Shown here: positions 14,219 through 23,543 of the stretch, one piece after another | Layout: every line of letters begins with the position of its first letter | Position numbering within the stretch: the stretch's first letter is position 1 | IMG/VR virus record: IMGVR_UViG_3300041405_000148 | Location: 1-25,309 of that record | Length of the DNA: 25,309 nucleotides | Direction: 5' to 3' (one strand) | From: a virus | Taxonomy: Duplodnaviria > Heunggongvirae > Uroviricota > Caudoviricetes | The notes under the pieces: generated by a model | What the model saw: only the letters and a program-made list of their open reading frames with translations | The model's database searches: none | Told to the model about the DNA's origin: nothing | Translations under genes and position numbers: made by a program

Positions 14219-15190
14219 TTACTTTGAAATAGTTGCATCTATCTTAACTGCCTGAATCTTAGTAGTCCAATCACTCTCTTCAAAACTTCCTGTATGAACA
14301 ACTTTAGTTACCTTTAAAGCACCTTCATAAGATTTTGATTTGACATATACAGTTGTTTCAGGCAATATAGACCCGTCTAGTTGACAAGAAAAACCTAAGC
14401 CATCTGATGGGGTTTTGTTTTTCTTACTCTTTTTACTACCTTGGCTTAATGGTTCAGGGCTAGATTTCAAACCTGTCTCATCCGATAAGTAAGCAGATTG
14501 CTGTGGCAATTTTTTATCTCTCGGTGTAATATAAATTGCACCATCTTGAATAGAAAAGTTGTGATTAATACTTTCCGTTATCTTCTGAAGTTGAGATGCA
14601 GTATTACCTACAAAACCAACAGGAGAGTTAAATGTCGATAAGTCACTACTAATTTCGATAACACCAAGAGTTGTACCTAAATCTTTTGACAAGTCAGTTA
14701 TAACGTTCTTGACGGGTGTTCCAGCAGGGTAGCTTCTGGATGTCATGGACTCTCCCATGTTAACACCGCCATCAGTACACCTTAATTTTGTTTCCCTAGT
14801 ACCACGCTCCCATTTATCTGAGATTTTTGCCACAGTTCCTTTAAAGATAGTCTTTACTTCATCTTTATAACCAGCTTCAAGGATTATAGCTAGTGTGTGG
14901 TCTATATTATTGTTAATATAGTTAACCAAGTCATCACTTAAGTTAAAAATAGTGATCTCACCTTTATTAGGTTCTTTCCCACTATCTTTAGTTATTGTAA
15001 AGGAAATCTGATGGGTTGTCAATTCATAAGCATTCTTTTTATCTTTTGAATTTTGAAGATTTTTATCCAAGTCAATCGGGGAAGTAAATGAAGATGATTC
15101 ATTTGTCATCTTAGTTAGGTTAACAGGTGTACCAAATCGTAAACTATAGACATGTCCAAACCTATAAGGTAGTTCTTCTGAGTTTACCAT
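14219..15190 (-). CDS. Baseplate hub protein (gp27/gp44-like), 323 aa
   Basis: PNKGEITIFNLS, LEAGY...IFKG, FSIQDG, TGL..SPE and V.HTG motifs; located before the spike. Confidence 0.85.
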   Translation of the reverse strand: MVNSEELPYRFGHVYSLRFGTPVNLTKMTNESSSFTSPIDLDKNLQNSKDKKNAYELTTHQISFTITKDSGKEPNKGEITIFNLSDDLVNYINNNIDHTLAIILEAGYKDEVKTIFKGTVAKISDKWERGTRETKLRCTDGGVNMGESMTSRSYPAGTPVKNVITDLSKDLGTTLGVIEISSDLSTFNSPVGFVGNTASQLQKITESINHNFSIQDGAIYITPRDKKLPQQSAYLSDETGLKSSPEPLSQGSKKSKKNKTPSDGLGFSCQLDGSILPETTVYVKSKSYEGALKVTKVVHTGSFEESDWTTKIQAVKIDATISK

Positions 15191-15192
15191 TT

Positions 15193-15537
15193 TTAACCTC
15201 CAATATAATCTTCTGTTGTGGAATCAATGTAAAGTAAGCGGAACCTTTTATCTATGCCCATGTGGTCAAAATCAGGTCTACCCCAAAGATTAACAACATC
15301 TATAGCATAAAGCTCACCTGGTGGAACTCCCTCTAAATGGTAGTAAGGCTTTAACAAATTAAAGCCATTAGTCACCTTAAAACTAACAGAAGGATCTTGA
15401 CCTGTTGCACCTAAGTAAGCTTGCCAAGATTCATCTCTGTTAATCCACTTTAAACGAAGGTCATAACTTTCATCTTCCAATGTAATGCGATATGTCACAT
15501 CAACATCTTCACCACACTTTAAATACCAATATGACAT
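15193..15537 (-). CDS. Small baseplate protein (114 aa)
   Basis: ITLEDESYDLRLKWINRDESW motif; conserved position between tube initiator and hub. Confidence 0.7.
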   Translation of the reverse strand: MSYWYLKCGEDVDVTYRITLEDESYDLRLKWINRDESWQAYLGATGQDPSVSFKVTNGFNLLKPYYHLEGVPPGELYAIDVVNLWGRPDFDHMGIDKRFRLLYIDSTTEDYIGG

Positions 15538-15545
15538 ATTGCCCC

Positions 15546-16244
15546 TTACTTGTTAGCCTCTAAATTTATTTTCCTTGCTTCTTCCATAGTTTTTCTATGG
15601 TTAGCCTGGTCTTCTGCAACCTGCTTTGAAGCACCGCCACCATTTTTATTTGCAGCTACTGTTTTCTTTGCAGACTTTTTAACATTTAAACTTACACTTT
15701 TTGCATATGCAAATCTAATCTCTTCAAAATCTATAGAGAACGCAACCGCATCTTGAGGTTCTTGTGAAAAGCTGACTTTCGTTATTACCACATTCTCAAT
15801 TTTCTGGTGTTCAGAAAAGAATGTAAAAGTCTTCTTAGCTTGATAAAGAGTTTCAAGTGCATCTATCGCAGCCATCACTCTTTCATAACCTGTCCCACGA
15901 GAGCCAAACAATTCATTTTTGTGGCCTTCAATTGGAGTATCGCTGATAATACCTTCCAAGGTATAAGTGTTGTTCCTAACAGAAAGATGATCAGATATCT
16001 CTGAGCCAGATGTAATAGGATATTTACTCACATCTGCTGACCAGTTACTTTTTAATGATGTAGTGACATCCAAAGCTATCAGTATTTGAGTTTCACTTGA
16101 TTCTATTTGACCATCTTTATCTGTTTTAACAGTTTTATCAGATGAATATGGATATTTCCTTGACCCTAAAAACACATAAGTTATTTTATCATTGGTAGGG
16201 TCTTTTATTAAGGAGCTGTTATCATAAGTTGTTGCAGTTGCCAT
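15546..16244 (-). CDS. Tail tube initiator / Dit-like baseplate protein (232 aa)
   Basis: LDVT...VSKYPITSGSEISDH...LEGIISDTP...IDFEEIRFA motifs; follows the tape measure. AAGGAGG RBS favours the ATG at 16244. Confidence 0.8.
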   Translation of the reverse strand: MATATTYDNSSLIKDPTNDKITYVFLGSRKYPYSSDKTVKTDKDGQIESSETQILIALDVTTSLKSNWSADVSKYPITSGSEISDHLSVRNNTYTLEGIISDTPIEGHKNELFGSRGTGYERVMAAIDALETLYQAKKTFTFFSEHQKIENVVITKVSFSQEPQDAVAFSIDFEEIRFAYAKSVSLNVKKSAKKTVAANKNGGGASKQVAEDQANHRKTMEEARKINLEANK

Positions 16245-16253
16245 CACCCCTCC

Positions 16254-18230
16254 TTAGTTGTAAGATGTCATATTGTCAATATCAAACGACAAGTCATCCA
16301 ATCCATTGTGGTAAATATCCATAGCCTGAGCACTAAAGGCACGTGAAAACTCTCCAGAGTTAGGATCAATTTGTATTGTCATCTTGATCTCAGTAGGACT
16401 TTTAGTTACTGGGGATTGCAGGTATGGGTTATAAAAACTTCCACTATTCATCCCATAGATACTGTTTGGACTAGCCATTGTCGGACTAAACATTTTACCT
16501 ATAAAGTCATCTATTCCACCAAAAGTATCTTGATACCAACTAACTGCACTACCTACATGGCTGTCTTTATAATAAAGTCCATTATCACTAACTTGCTTGT
16601 GTTCTCCACCTGGGAGCCAGTCAAGTAATTTTATAAACCTACCTGTAGTCTCACCGACGAAAGAACCTAACTCTTTCACAATAGGAGAAAGACCAGCCAA
16701 CTCTTTTCCAAGATTACCTGAATCTATCCCAGCCTGTTTTAATCCATCAACAAAACTTGATGAGAACTTTGAACTAAAGACTGTATTAGCAGCATCATAA
16801 GTTGCCGACATATCTGACAACTGCTTCAAGTTTTCCTTTTCTTTCTCTGTAACCAAGAAACCATTTGTTGCTAGGTCCTTTAAAGCTCTATTAAATTCTG
16901 AAGCATTTGGACCTAATGCATTTATGATATAAGTAAAGTCGTTAATACCTTCACTTAGAGCTGTCCCTAGGTTCTCAGTCTCTTGCTGCGTTAGTTTTGC
17001 TTGTTTACCAACACGTTGTAGAAGTAGAGCTAATTCTGTTGGTCCTTTAACACTTTGAATTGTTTTAATTGCTTCATCTCTGCCATACCCAGCACGGGTT
17101 GTCATGATTTTAACAAGATCCCCTAATTCACCACCACCGCTAAAATTCCAATCACCACTTTTCTTTTCTTGCTTCCAACTGCCTAAAGAAAGTTGACCAA
17201 CTTTGTCACGAACATCTTTTGCAATATCAGAGATTTTTTCATAACTTAACTCAAGACCTGGGCCACGGAGAGATGCCAACTGCAAGGCTTGTGCTTCTTC
17301 TGAGCTAACACCCATAGCATTTACACGAGATAGTCCTCTGGAGGTTTGTACACCTGTGTTAAGACCATTACGGGCTGCATTAGCGCCCATGTAACCGGCT
17401 CCAACAGCACCTAATACACCCAGGCCAAGAGCTTTACCACCCAAACCTAAACCTGCACTTCCACCCTTACGTAAGTCCTGAAGTCTTTCTTTCAGAGTTT
17501 TTGCAGCCGAAGATTGATCACGAAAAGTTTTCAATAGTTGTCTTGACTCTTGTCTGAAATCTGCAATATCTGAATGTCCATTTCTGTAAGCTTTATTAAG
17601 CTCTTCCATTCTTCTTGCAGCATCTTCTATTTGTTTTGGTTTGAGGTTTAACCTTCCGATGTCAAATGCAAACTGTTTGCTGACACGATTAGAAACTTTA
17701 TCTCTTTTCTCTTGAGCTGTCCTTTCCTTTAGTATTTGCTTTCTTTGAGCATCTACTTGACGTTGTTGTTCCAGCATACTACGATTGTACGCTTCCATCC
17801 TAGCTTTTTCTTGCTTCTTGAAGTCTTGTTCAAAAGCTTTGGCAGACTCAGCAGCAGACGTTGGGGTTCCACCTAGACGACCACCACTTAATCTCTTGTT
17901 AATCTCTTGTTGGGCCTTTTTAGCTCGTTGTGCTGACTCCTTCTCAGCTTGCAATCGTGCTTTAGCAACTCGCCTTACTTCTTCTCTGGCTTCTTTTATT
18001 TTTCTTCTTGCTTCTGCATTTGGACTAGAAGAGCCACCAGAACTACCACCGCCAGCTGCACCTCTCCTACCACCACCGCCATTACCTCTGCCACTTGAAG
18101 TGCCCCTAAGTTTATTCATAAGGTTTTGAAGATCCCTCATCTCCTTACGAACTTTCTTCATACTGGCTCTGTCAGTTTGATAAATTACTTTGTTTATCAA
18201 AGTTGCGGCTTCAACTTTACTTCCCGCCAT
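16254..18230 (-). CDS. Tape measure protein (658 aa)
   Basis: Long helical protein with a charged coiled-coil N-half and a Gly/Ala hydrophobic segment, directly after the frameshifted chaperone pair. Confidence 0.88.
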   Translation of the reverse strand: MAGSKVEAATLINKVIYQTDRASMKKVRKEMRDLQNLMNKLRGTSSGRGNGGGGRRGAAGGGSSGGSSSPNAEARRKIKEAREEVRRVAKARLQAEKESAQRAKKAQQEINKRLSGGRLGGTPTSAAESAKAFEQDFKKQEKARMEAYNRSMLEQQRQVDAQRKQILKERTAQEKRDKVSNRVSKQFAFDIGRLNLKPKQIEDAARRMEELNKAYRNGHSDIADFRQESRQLLKTFRDQSSAAKTLKERLQDLRKGGSAGLGLGGKALGLGVLGAVGAGYMGANAARNGLNTGVQTSRGLSRVNAMGVSSEEAQALQLASLRGPGLELSYEKISDIAKDVRDKVGQLSLGSWKQEKKSGDWNFSGGGELGDLVKIMTTRAGYGRDEAIKTIQSVKGPTELALLLQRVGKQAKLTQQETENLGTALSEGINDFTYIINALGPNASEFNRALKDLATNGFLVTEKEKENLKQLSDMSATYDAANTVFSSKFSSSFVDGLKQAGIDSGNLGKELAGLSPIVKELGSFVGETTGRFIKLLDWLPGGEHKQVSDNGLYYKDSHVGSAVSWYQDTFGGIDDFIGKMFSPTMASPNSIYGMNSGSFYNPYLQSPVTKSPTEIKMTIQIDPNSGEFSRAFSAQAMDIYHNGLDDLSFDIDNMTSYN

Positions 18231-18254
18231 AGGAACTCCTTAATTAAATAAGCC

Positions 18255-18991
18255 TCAAAGTCGAGGCTTTAACTGTCTAAGTTTTTCTGCTTCATGTGCT
18301 TTTATTGATAAGTCCACATTATGTAACCCCGCGACATAATCTTGTAAACTTAATCCTTCGTATAAATCAAGAAAATAATATATATCAAACTCATCTAAAG
18401 AAGATCGTGTCTCACTAGTCTCTTTTGTTATTTTAAGGTACATATTGGCTACCCAGTTAAAACCAGCACTAGAATAAGCTGTCTCTACTGCTCTTTTAAT
18501 CGTGGGGTTTAGTCCTGATTGCCCAGTTTGACTACTGGCAGAATTGAGGTTATAAGACTTTCGAAACCGATCTCGAAAAAAGGGGCGTAGTTCACCTCAA
18601 GAACTTTTGCTACCACCTGAAGTACAACTTCATGTTTACCTAAGAACGTCGTGTCGAAAGTTTGAGTTACTGGCTGATTGTTATAATAAACATCATCCAG
18701 AATTGTACCAAGAAAGACTAGTAGATCATTTTCTTCCATAGTATTGAATAGTTGAATTAAAGCTGCTGGTAATGCATCAGCAAAAGCTTCATCTTGTGGT
18801 GTCACACTTCCAAGCATTGAAAATGGAACATAAAAATATTTACCAACCAAAGGGATTCTTGAGAAAACCTTAGTTGGACTCCAGTGTAAAAGGCGGAATT
18901 TCATCTGTTCACCTTTTGCTGTTCTAGCTACAAACTCAGTTTCAGGACGTGCTACAGCTTTCATCGCTTGCATTTGACTCATATCTGACAT
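18255..18991 (-). CDS. Tail assembly chaperone long form (G-T fusion, 245 aa) via -1 frameshift
   Basis: The -1 frame from the slippery site is open (PFFRDRFRKSYNL...FNWVANMYLK...) and joins the 18255..18443 ORF in frame (checked by hand). Confidence 0.85.
18509..18991 (-). CDS. Tail assembly chaperone short form (160 aa)
   Basis: Lies between tube and tape measure; ...VLEVNYAPFF motif; GAGG RBS. Confidence 0.88.
   Translation of the reverse strand: MSDMSQMQAMKAVARPETEFVARTAKGEQMKFRLLHWSPTKVFSRIPLVGKYFYVPFSMLGSVTPQDEAFADALPAALIQLFNTMEENDLLVFLGTILDDVYYNNQPVTQTFDTTFLGKHEVVLQVVAKVLEVNYAPFFEIGFESLITSILPVVKLGNQD
18575..18585 (-). promoter_or_regulatory. -1 programmed ribosomal frameshift slippery site
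   Basis: Minus strand GCC CCT TTT TTC gives two overlapping X_XXY_YYZ heptamers (C_CCT_TTT and T_TTT_TTC) in the correct phase. Confidence 0.85.
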
Positions 18992-19018
18992 ATAATAACC
19001 TCAAATTTTGTTTAGACC

Positions 19019-19043
19019 AAAAAATAGCGCATCCTTGCGCTAT
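19019..19043 (-). terminator. Intrinsic terminator after tail tube gene
   Basis: atagcgca-tcct-tgcgctat 8-bp stem followed by a T-run on the minus strand. Confidence 0.8.
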
Positions 19044-19053
19044 CCTTTAGTAA

Positions 19054-19536
19054 TTATAATACTGAAATTCCTTTAATACCATTCAGAGCACCAAGAGCAG
19101 TACTCACACCCAGTGAACGAGTGATAGTTGCATCTTTAAGTCCAATTACCCAGTCAACAGTACCGGTTTCGACACCAATAGACATATCGGGTTGCGTCTG
19201 TATCCATCCAATAGTCTGAATACTGAAACCTTTTGGATCTGATAAATACACAGGGAAAGCAACAACTCTTGTTAGGTACATTTGCTCGTGCCATGAACAC
19301 AAAACTTCATTGGCATCAGATGTACTTTGTAGAGAAATAGTTAAAGTTCCCAATTTATTACGCTGAAGGGCTAAAGAAGTATCCCCATCTGTGCCTGTAT
19401 AAGGAGTAATAATATCCCCTGTTTTAGAAACAGCAATTTTAGTGTCATCAGCATAGCCGTAAGGTTCCCATCCACCTAAAAGCAGTGTAACCTCAGACGG
19501 ATCAAAGGCTGTTAGACCTGTTAGTAGTTGATCCAA
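19054..19536 (-). CDS. Tail tube protein (DUF3277-like), 160 aa
   Basis: FDPSEV...GYADDT...GTDG...GTLTISLQSTSDANEVL motifs; follows the sheath; TTG start after AAGGAG. Confidence 0.88.
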   Translation of the reverse strand: MDQLLTGLTAFDPSEVTLLLGGWEPYGYADDTKIAVSKTGDIITPYTGTDGDTSLALQRNKLGTLTISLQSTSDANEVLCSWHEQMYLTRVVAFPVYLSDPKGFSIQTIGWIQTQPDMSIGVETGTVDWVIGLKDATITRSLGVSTALGALNGIKGISVL

Positions 19537-19558
19537 TTTAATCTCCTTGAATTATAAT

Positions 19559-19578
19559 AAAAAGGGGCTTTCGCCCCT
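19559..19578 (-). terminator. Terminator-like hairpin between sheath and tube genes
   Basis: Minus strand AGGGGC-GAAA-GCCCCT-TTTT (GNRA tetraloop). Confidence 0.75.
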
Positions 19579-19585
19579 AACTTGA

Positions 19586-20956
19586 TTAACGGTCTACAAG
19601 AACGTTAACTTTAACTTTAACGTAGTGAATGAATCCAGCATAAACATATTCAACCACGACACCATTAAGGATACGTTGAGTAATATCGTCGATAGAGATG
19701 TCTGCACGATCAGGAACAAAAATAGTAGGACGTAGATCCTCTTTTAGTCCAGTTTCTTCAGAAACATTAATCTCATTAGCAATAGAACCATTCAGCAAAC
19801 CAATGTTAATTGGATTGTCAAAGATTGCTTGTTTAATCTGTGCAAGACCTTTGGAAGTGAAGCGTACACCTTTCAGTAGATCGGACTGGCGTTTCAGGAG
19901 ACCAAAAAGACTTTCTGCTACACGGGCTTTCACCCAAAGTGCATGATGAATCACATCACAGAAGTTACCGCTGACCATACGACCATCACGATAGAAATTG
20001 ACTCCATACTCACGACGATATATATTACCATTTTGAGCAACAATATTCGTTTCTTGAGTTGGTGTCAGTTGCTGTGGGGTAACTCCAACAAGTGTCTTAC
20101 CATGAAGCGTTGTTGTGCCTGGATCAGCTGCTGCCATTGCACCAACAATTGCTGCCTCTGGGAACAGAGAATCTGCATCCGTTCTCCACATAGCAAAGCC
20201 AGTGTTGTTGTAACCACGTCCAGTCAACTCAGACAGAAGGTTGCCCTCATCTGCATTAACAATCGCTGGGTCTTGAGAACTCGTCCAGTAGATCTTGTCA
20301 TGCTCTTGAGCATAACCAGCTAGGTCAAGAACATCTTCATCCTGGTGCGTATCACTTACCATCCAGAACCAAGTGTTATTTTCTTGAGCAACAGCTGAGA
20401 TATCTTCAAGTACATTATTTACAGCTGCACGTGTGATGGTTGTGTTGTTACCTACACCAACCTCAATGTGACTTCCCGAAACAGGAGTTAATACTAAAGT
20501 ATTTCCAGTTCCCACAGTTGCAGTAATTTGTGGACCCCATGTTGCATCTGCTGCGATTAAAGTACTTAGTCCTGTTGCAATTTCAGTTGCTGTTGCAGAA
20601 GCATCAGAAGTGAAATTAAATACTTTTGTTGTAGCACCTTTTTTAAGGGTGACAGTATAGAGTGTACTATTTTGTGCTGTAAAACTAATATTAAAATTAG
20701 CAACATCACGCTTACCAACTATAACCTGGCCGGGTGCTCCAACACCCTGGAACATTAAAGAAGCCATTTTATAAGCAGGGCTTTCGGTTGTAAAACCAGC
20801 CTGTAGCATAGCATCTGAAGATGTGAAAACATCTACAACATTCCCTGTAGCATTATGTGCTGCCAGAATTAGTGGTATATCGAAACGTGCAGTTTCAATT
20901 ACTGCCGTTCCATAGGCCAGTGTGACCTCAATAACTTTATCAATTAAAGTTGCCAT
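19586..20956 (-). CDS. Contractile tail sheath protein (DUF3383-like), 456 aa
   Basis: AGFTTESPAYKMA, PGTTTLHGKTLVGV, DGRMVSGNFCDV and YAGFIHYV motifs. Confidence 0.93.
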   Translation of the reverse strand: MATLIDKVIEVTLAYGTAVIETARFDIPLILAAHNATGNVVDVFTSSDAMLQAGFTTESPAYKMASLMFQGVGAPGQVIVGKRDVANFNISFTAQNSTLYTVTLKKGATTKVFNFTSDASATATEIATGLSTLIAADATWGPQITATVGTGNTLVLTPVSGSHIEVGVGNNTTITRAAVNNVLEDISAVAQENNTWFWMVSDTHQDEDVLDLAGYAQEHDKIYWTSSQDPAIVNADEGNLLSELTGRGYNNTGFAMWRTDADSLFPEAAIVGAMAAADPGTTTLHGKTLVGVTPQQLTPTQETNIVAQNGNIYRREYGVNFYRDGRMVSGNFCDVIHHALWVKARVAESLFGLLKRQSDLLKGVRFTSKGLAQIKQAIFDNPINIGLLNGSIANEINVSEETGLKEDLRPTIFVPDRADISIDDITQRILNGVVVEYVYAGFIHYVKVKVNVLVDR

Positions 20957-20982
20957 GTCTTATATGGTCTCCTTTAGGCATG

Positions 20983-21666
20983 TCATGTTGTTTTAAATTC
21001 AACGTTAAATGTTTGAGAAACAGCGGTTCTGAGGCCACGTTTTAATTTCTCTTGAACTTCTGATGATCCTTCATTAGGGCCATTATAGAAATTGTATAAT
21101 TCATCAAAACCTAACTCTACTTCTATCCTCTCTTCATCACCCACAGGTAAATTTGTAAAGATAGAACCAGTAATGGTTTCGATTGGTGTTGTTTTTACGA
21201 TATCTTTTGATTTGATACAGACATTAAATACTGCTGTAACCCTTGCTCTTTTTTCTGTTTGTGCTCCGTCGAATACCGTATTTGCTGGAACTGCATTCCC
21301 AATACTGAGAAAGCCAATGCCTTTGGAATACAAACGTTGATATCTCTCCTCTTGAAATCCCCTCAGAGCTTGAATTAAAAGAGCCAAATTTGCCATTGGT
21401 CTTCCTGACCTCGCAAAGAATTCAACAGTAATCCTTAAATCTAAAACAGCATCAAATCGATCTTCGCTTATTGATGTAGTATCACCCCAACCAGAATCTC
21501 TGTAATCAATGATACCTACTCCAACAGATGGTGTGATCTGAGCAGGCCAAGGTTGGTCCATAAGGAATACACTTAAACCTGTCACATCATTTACGAATAG
21601 ACCGAGTTGTTCCAAAACATAGTCTTCGACTTGAGCCATAGTCTCATACGAGAACTTCTGGGCCAA
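20983..21666 (-). CDS. Tail terminator / neck protein (227 aa)
   Basis: Directly upstream of the sheath; DQPWP and EKRARVTAVFN motifs. The TTG at 21666 has AAGGAGG 5 nt upstream and is preferred over the GTG at 21696. Confidence 0.72.
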   Translation of the reverse strand: MAQKFSYETMAQVEDYVLEQLGLFVNDVTGLSVFLMDQPWPAQITPSVGVGIIDYRDSGWGDTTSISEDRFDAVLDLRITVEFFARSGRPMANLALLIQALRGFQEERYQRLYSKGIGFLSIGNAVPANTVFDGAQTEKRARVTAVFNVCIKSKDIVKTTPIETITGSIFTNLPVGDEERIEVELGFDELYNFYNGPNEGSSEVQEKLKRGLRTAVSQTFNVEFKTT

Positions 21667-22081
21667 AGTCTCCTCCTTCTGTATTTGTTTGGTCACGTGA
21701 GTTATTAGTAACCTCTTTTACAGCAACACAATGGTAGTGCAATAAAAAAGAAGTCCTATTCCAATCCTTGAAATTATAAACAGAGTACCATTGACCATCA
21801 ATTTCTATTTGGTCTGAAAGTTGATTGGTATTTTCTTCTAATCCAGAAATTGGTGTTTCTGTCCAAAACTGATAAATAGCTCTGGATCTATATCCTTCAG
21901 GTAAAGCTTGCAATGTATGTCCATCAATAGGTTGTACACTAGTATATGCAATATTAAACATAGTATATTCAACTGTTGTAGCTTTATTACCAAAAATGGA
22001 ATCACCACTATTTACATACTTCCTGTGTCTTCCTACATAAGATTTTGGTTCGATCAAAGTCATCTCTGATAAAAGAGACAT
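21644..22081 (-). CDS. Head-closure (stopper) protein, 145 aa
   Basis: SVQP...LQALPEGYR...DQIEIDGQWYSV..KDW....HY motif; AAGGAGG RBS. Confidence 0.82.
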   Translation of the reverse strand: MSLLSEMTLIEPKSYVGRHRKYVNSGDSIFGNKATTVEYTMFNIAYTSVQPIDGHTLQALPEGYRSRAIYQFWTETPISGLEENTNQLSDQIEIDGQWYSVYNFKDWNRTSFLLHYHCVAVKEVTNNSRDQTNTEGGDFGPEVLV

Positions 22082-22099
22082 AAACCCTCCTTACACTTT

Positions 22100-22128
22100 A
22101 TTTTAGCATGGAGTCAACATTAAATCAA
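22100..22128 (-). promoter_or_regulatory. Putative sigma70-type promoter for neck/tail genes
   Basis: TTGATT-17 nt-TAAAAT with an extended TGn element, in the only sizeable gap of the neck region that lacks a hairpin. Confidence 0.55.
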
Positions 22129-22598
22129 GATTTTTCATTAATCTTCCATTCGGCACTGTTAAGAAGTTCATTTGTTTCTACCAAAATCGTTGAAGAACCC
22201 TTTTTGGTTACAGTTGAAGGGGCAAGAGGCTGGAATCTTTGACTCATAATACTACGCTGGATTGTTCTGACGCCCATCCTTCCTACTGGTGAGAAAGAGA
22301 TAGATGCAGTTTTTCTTTTAAAAAGGTAGTCAATAGCTGCTTTTCTCATAATGGCTATGTCTTTATCATTTAAAACATACGCACTATAAAATACAAAAGG
22401 ACGGGCAGGTATGTTTCGCTTTGTACTTCCATACTCTTGTATAAGAGCAAGACTACCCATTGGTAAACCAGATGCTTTGTGTGTCTTATCTCCATAATAT
22501 CCATACTCCACCTCAATTTGTTCTAGTCGGTACTCTCTTTCTTGTAACCTATCATAGAAACTATCATCCCATGTGGATTTGACTTTTACATAAGACAT
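22125..22598 (-). CDS. Neck / tail completion protein (157 aa)
   Basis: ALIQEYG...IPARPF and PLAPSTVTKKGSS..LVET..L motifs; ATG at 22598 follows GAGG. Confidence 0.82.
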   Translation of the reverse strand: MSYVKVKSTWDDSFYDRLQEREYRLEQIEVEYGYYGDKTHKASGLPMGSLALIQEYGSTKRNIPARPFVFYSAYVLNDKDIAIMRKAAIDYLFKRKTASISFSPVGRMGVRTIQRSIMSQRFQPLAPSTVTKKGSSTILVETNELLNSAEWKINEKS

Positions 22599-22599
22599 T

Positions 22600-23112
22600 T
22601 TATCTACCTCTTCTTCCCCAAGGGTTAAATGGATCAAAAGGATTTATCGGGCGTCGATTCCTATCTATGCCAAAACATTTAAGACCATTTACAGAATTTC
22701 TGTCTGTATTCACTCGATCTATTTCCGCTCTATCCACTCCACCTATGATAACTGTTTTACCTACTTTAGATGGTTGTCCCGGTAATGTCAGATCACCTTT
22801 TAAATATCCATTTAATATGTTCTGCCACTTACTGATATACTCCCCTGTCGTTTCAACGGAAACTTGAACCTGACCCACTTTCTCTGTACGTTTATATCCG
22901 TCATTGCTCGTTGGTGCGTTAGGATCTGTATAAACAAGGTAATATAAACAATCTATAGTTGCATTGTATAATACAATACCTTCTTGAGATGGATCAGGAT
23001 ACACACCCAACCACTTCTCAATATTAGCGTCTATTACGGCATCAGGTAAGAGCAATACAGATGGGTTAAAGCAATAGCTGCGAACTTTGTCAATTTGCGC
23101 CTGAGTTGCCAT
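22600..23112 (-). CDS. Head-tail connector/adaptor (170 aa)
   Basis: Helical N-terminus plus EKVGQVQVS motif; second gene after the MCP; AAGGAGG RBS. Confidence 0.72.
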   Translation of the reverse strand: MATQAQIDKVRSYCFNPSVLLLPDAVIDANIEKWLGVYPDPSQEGIVLYNATIDCLYYLVYTDPNAPTSNDGYKRTEKVGQVQVSVETTGEYISKWQNILNGYLKGDLTLPGQPSKVGKTVIIGGVDRAEIDRVNTDRNSVNGLKCFGIDRNRRPINPFDPFNPWGRRGR

Positions 23113-23122
23113 AAAGACCTCC

Positions 23123-23530
23123 TTATTCTGATTCCATAATTGCAGTCAGGATATCTTCTTTCTTCATAGCGTTGCTAACATCAAGACCTTTTTCTTTCGC
23201 CATTGCGAGAAGTTCAGCTTTGGTCAGGTCAGAAAGTTTCTCTTTTTCTTCAGGTTTTACTTTCTCAAGATAACCCTGTTCAAATGTCAGGATGTATCCA
23301 TTGTTGAACTCTAAACAAGCATTAGGAACTACTCTGATACCGTACACATCATGAATCTCTTGGCAAAGGTGTACAAAGTTGATTCCACTGATGATACCAG
23401 ATTTTTTACTGAAGAACGAATAGTTTGGCACACTTTTTGTTGTGTCAGGATCTGCACCTAAGACTTCAATGAATTTCAGTAAATCATTAAAATTTTGAAA
23501 ATAACGCTGGTTTTCTTTAATTTGATACAT
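23123..23530 (-). CDS. Hypothetical protein with C-terminal Rho-N/HeH-like helix-extension-helix (135 aa)
   Basis: C-terminal LSDLTKAELLAMAKEKGLDVSNAMKKEDILTAI. Confidence 0.75.
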   Translation of the reverse strand: MYQIKENQRYFQNFNDLLKFIEVLGADPDTTKSVPNYSFFSKKSGIISGINFVHLCQEIHDVYGIRVVPNACLEFNNGYILTFEQGYLEKVKPEEKEKLSDLTKAELLAMAKEKGLDVSNAMKKEDILTAIMESE

Positions 23531-23543
23531 TATTATGTCTCCA

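Noticed and set aside
18255-18443. 62-aa ORF as an independent gene
   Set aside because: No SD before its ATG; better explained as the -1 frameshift extension of the chaperone.
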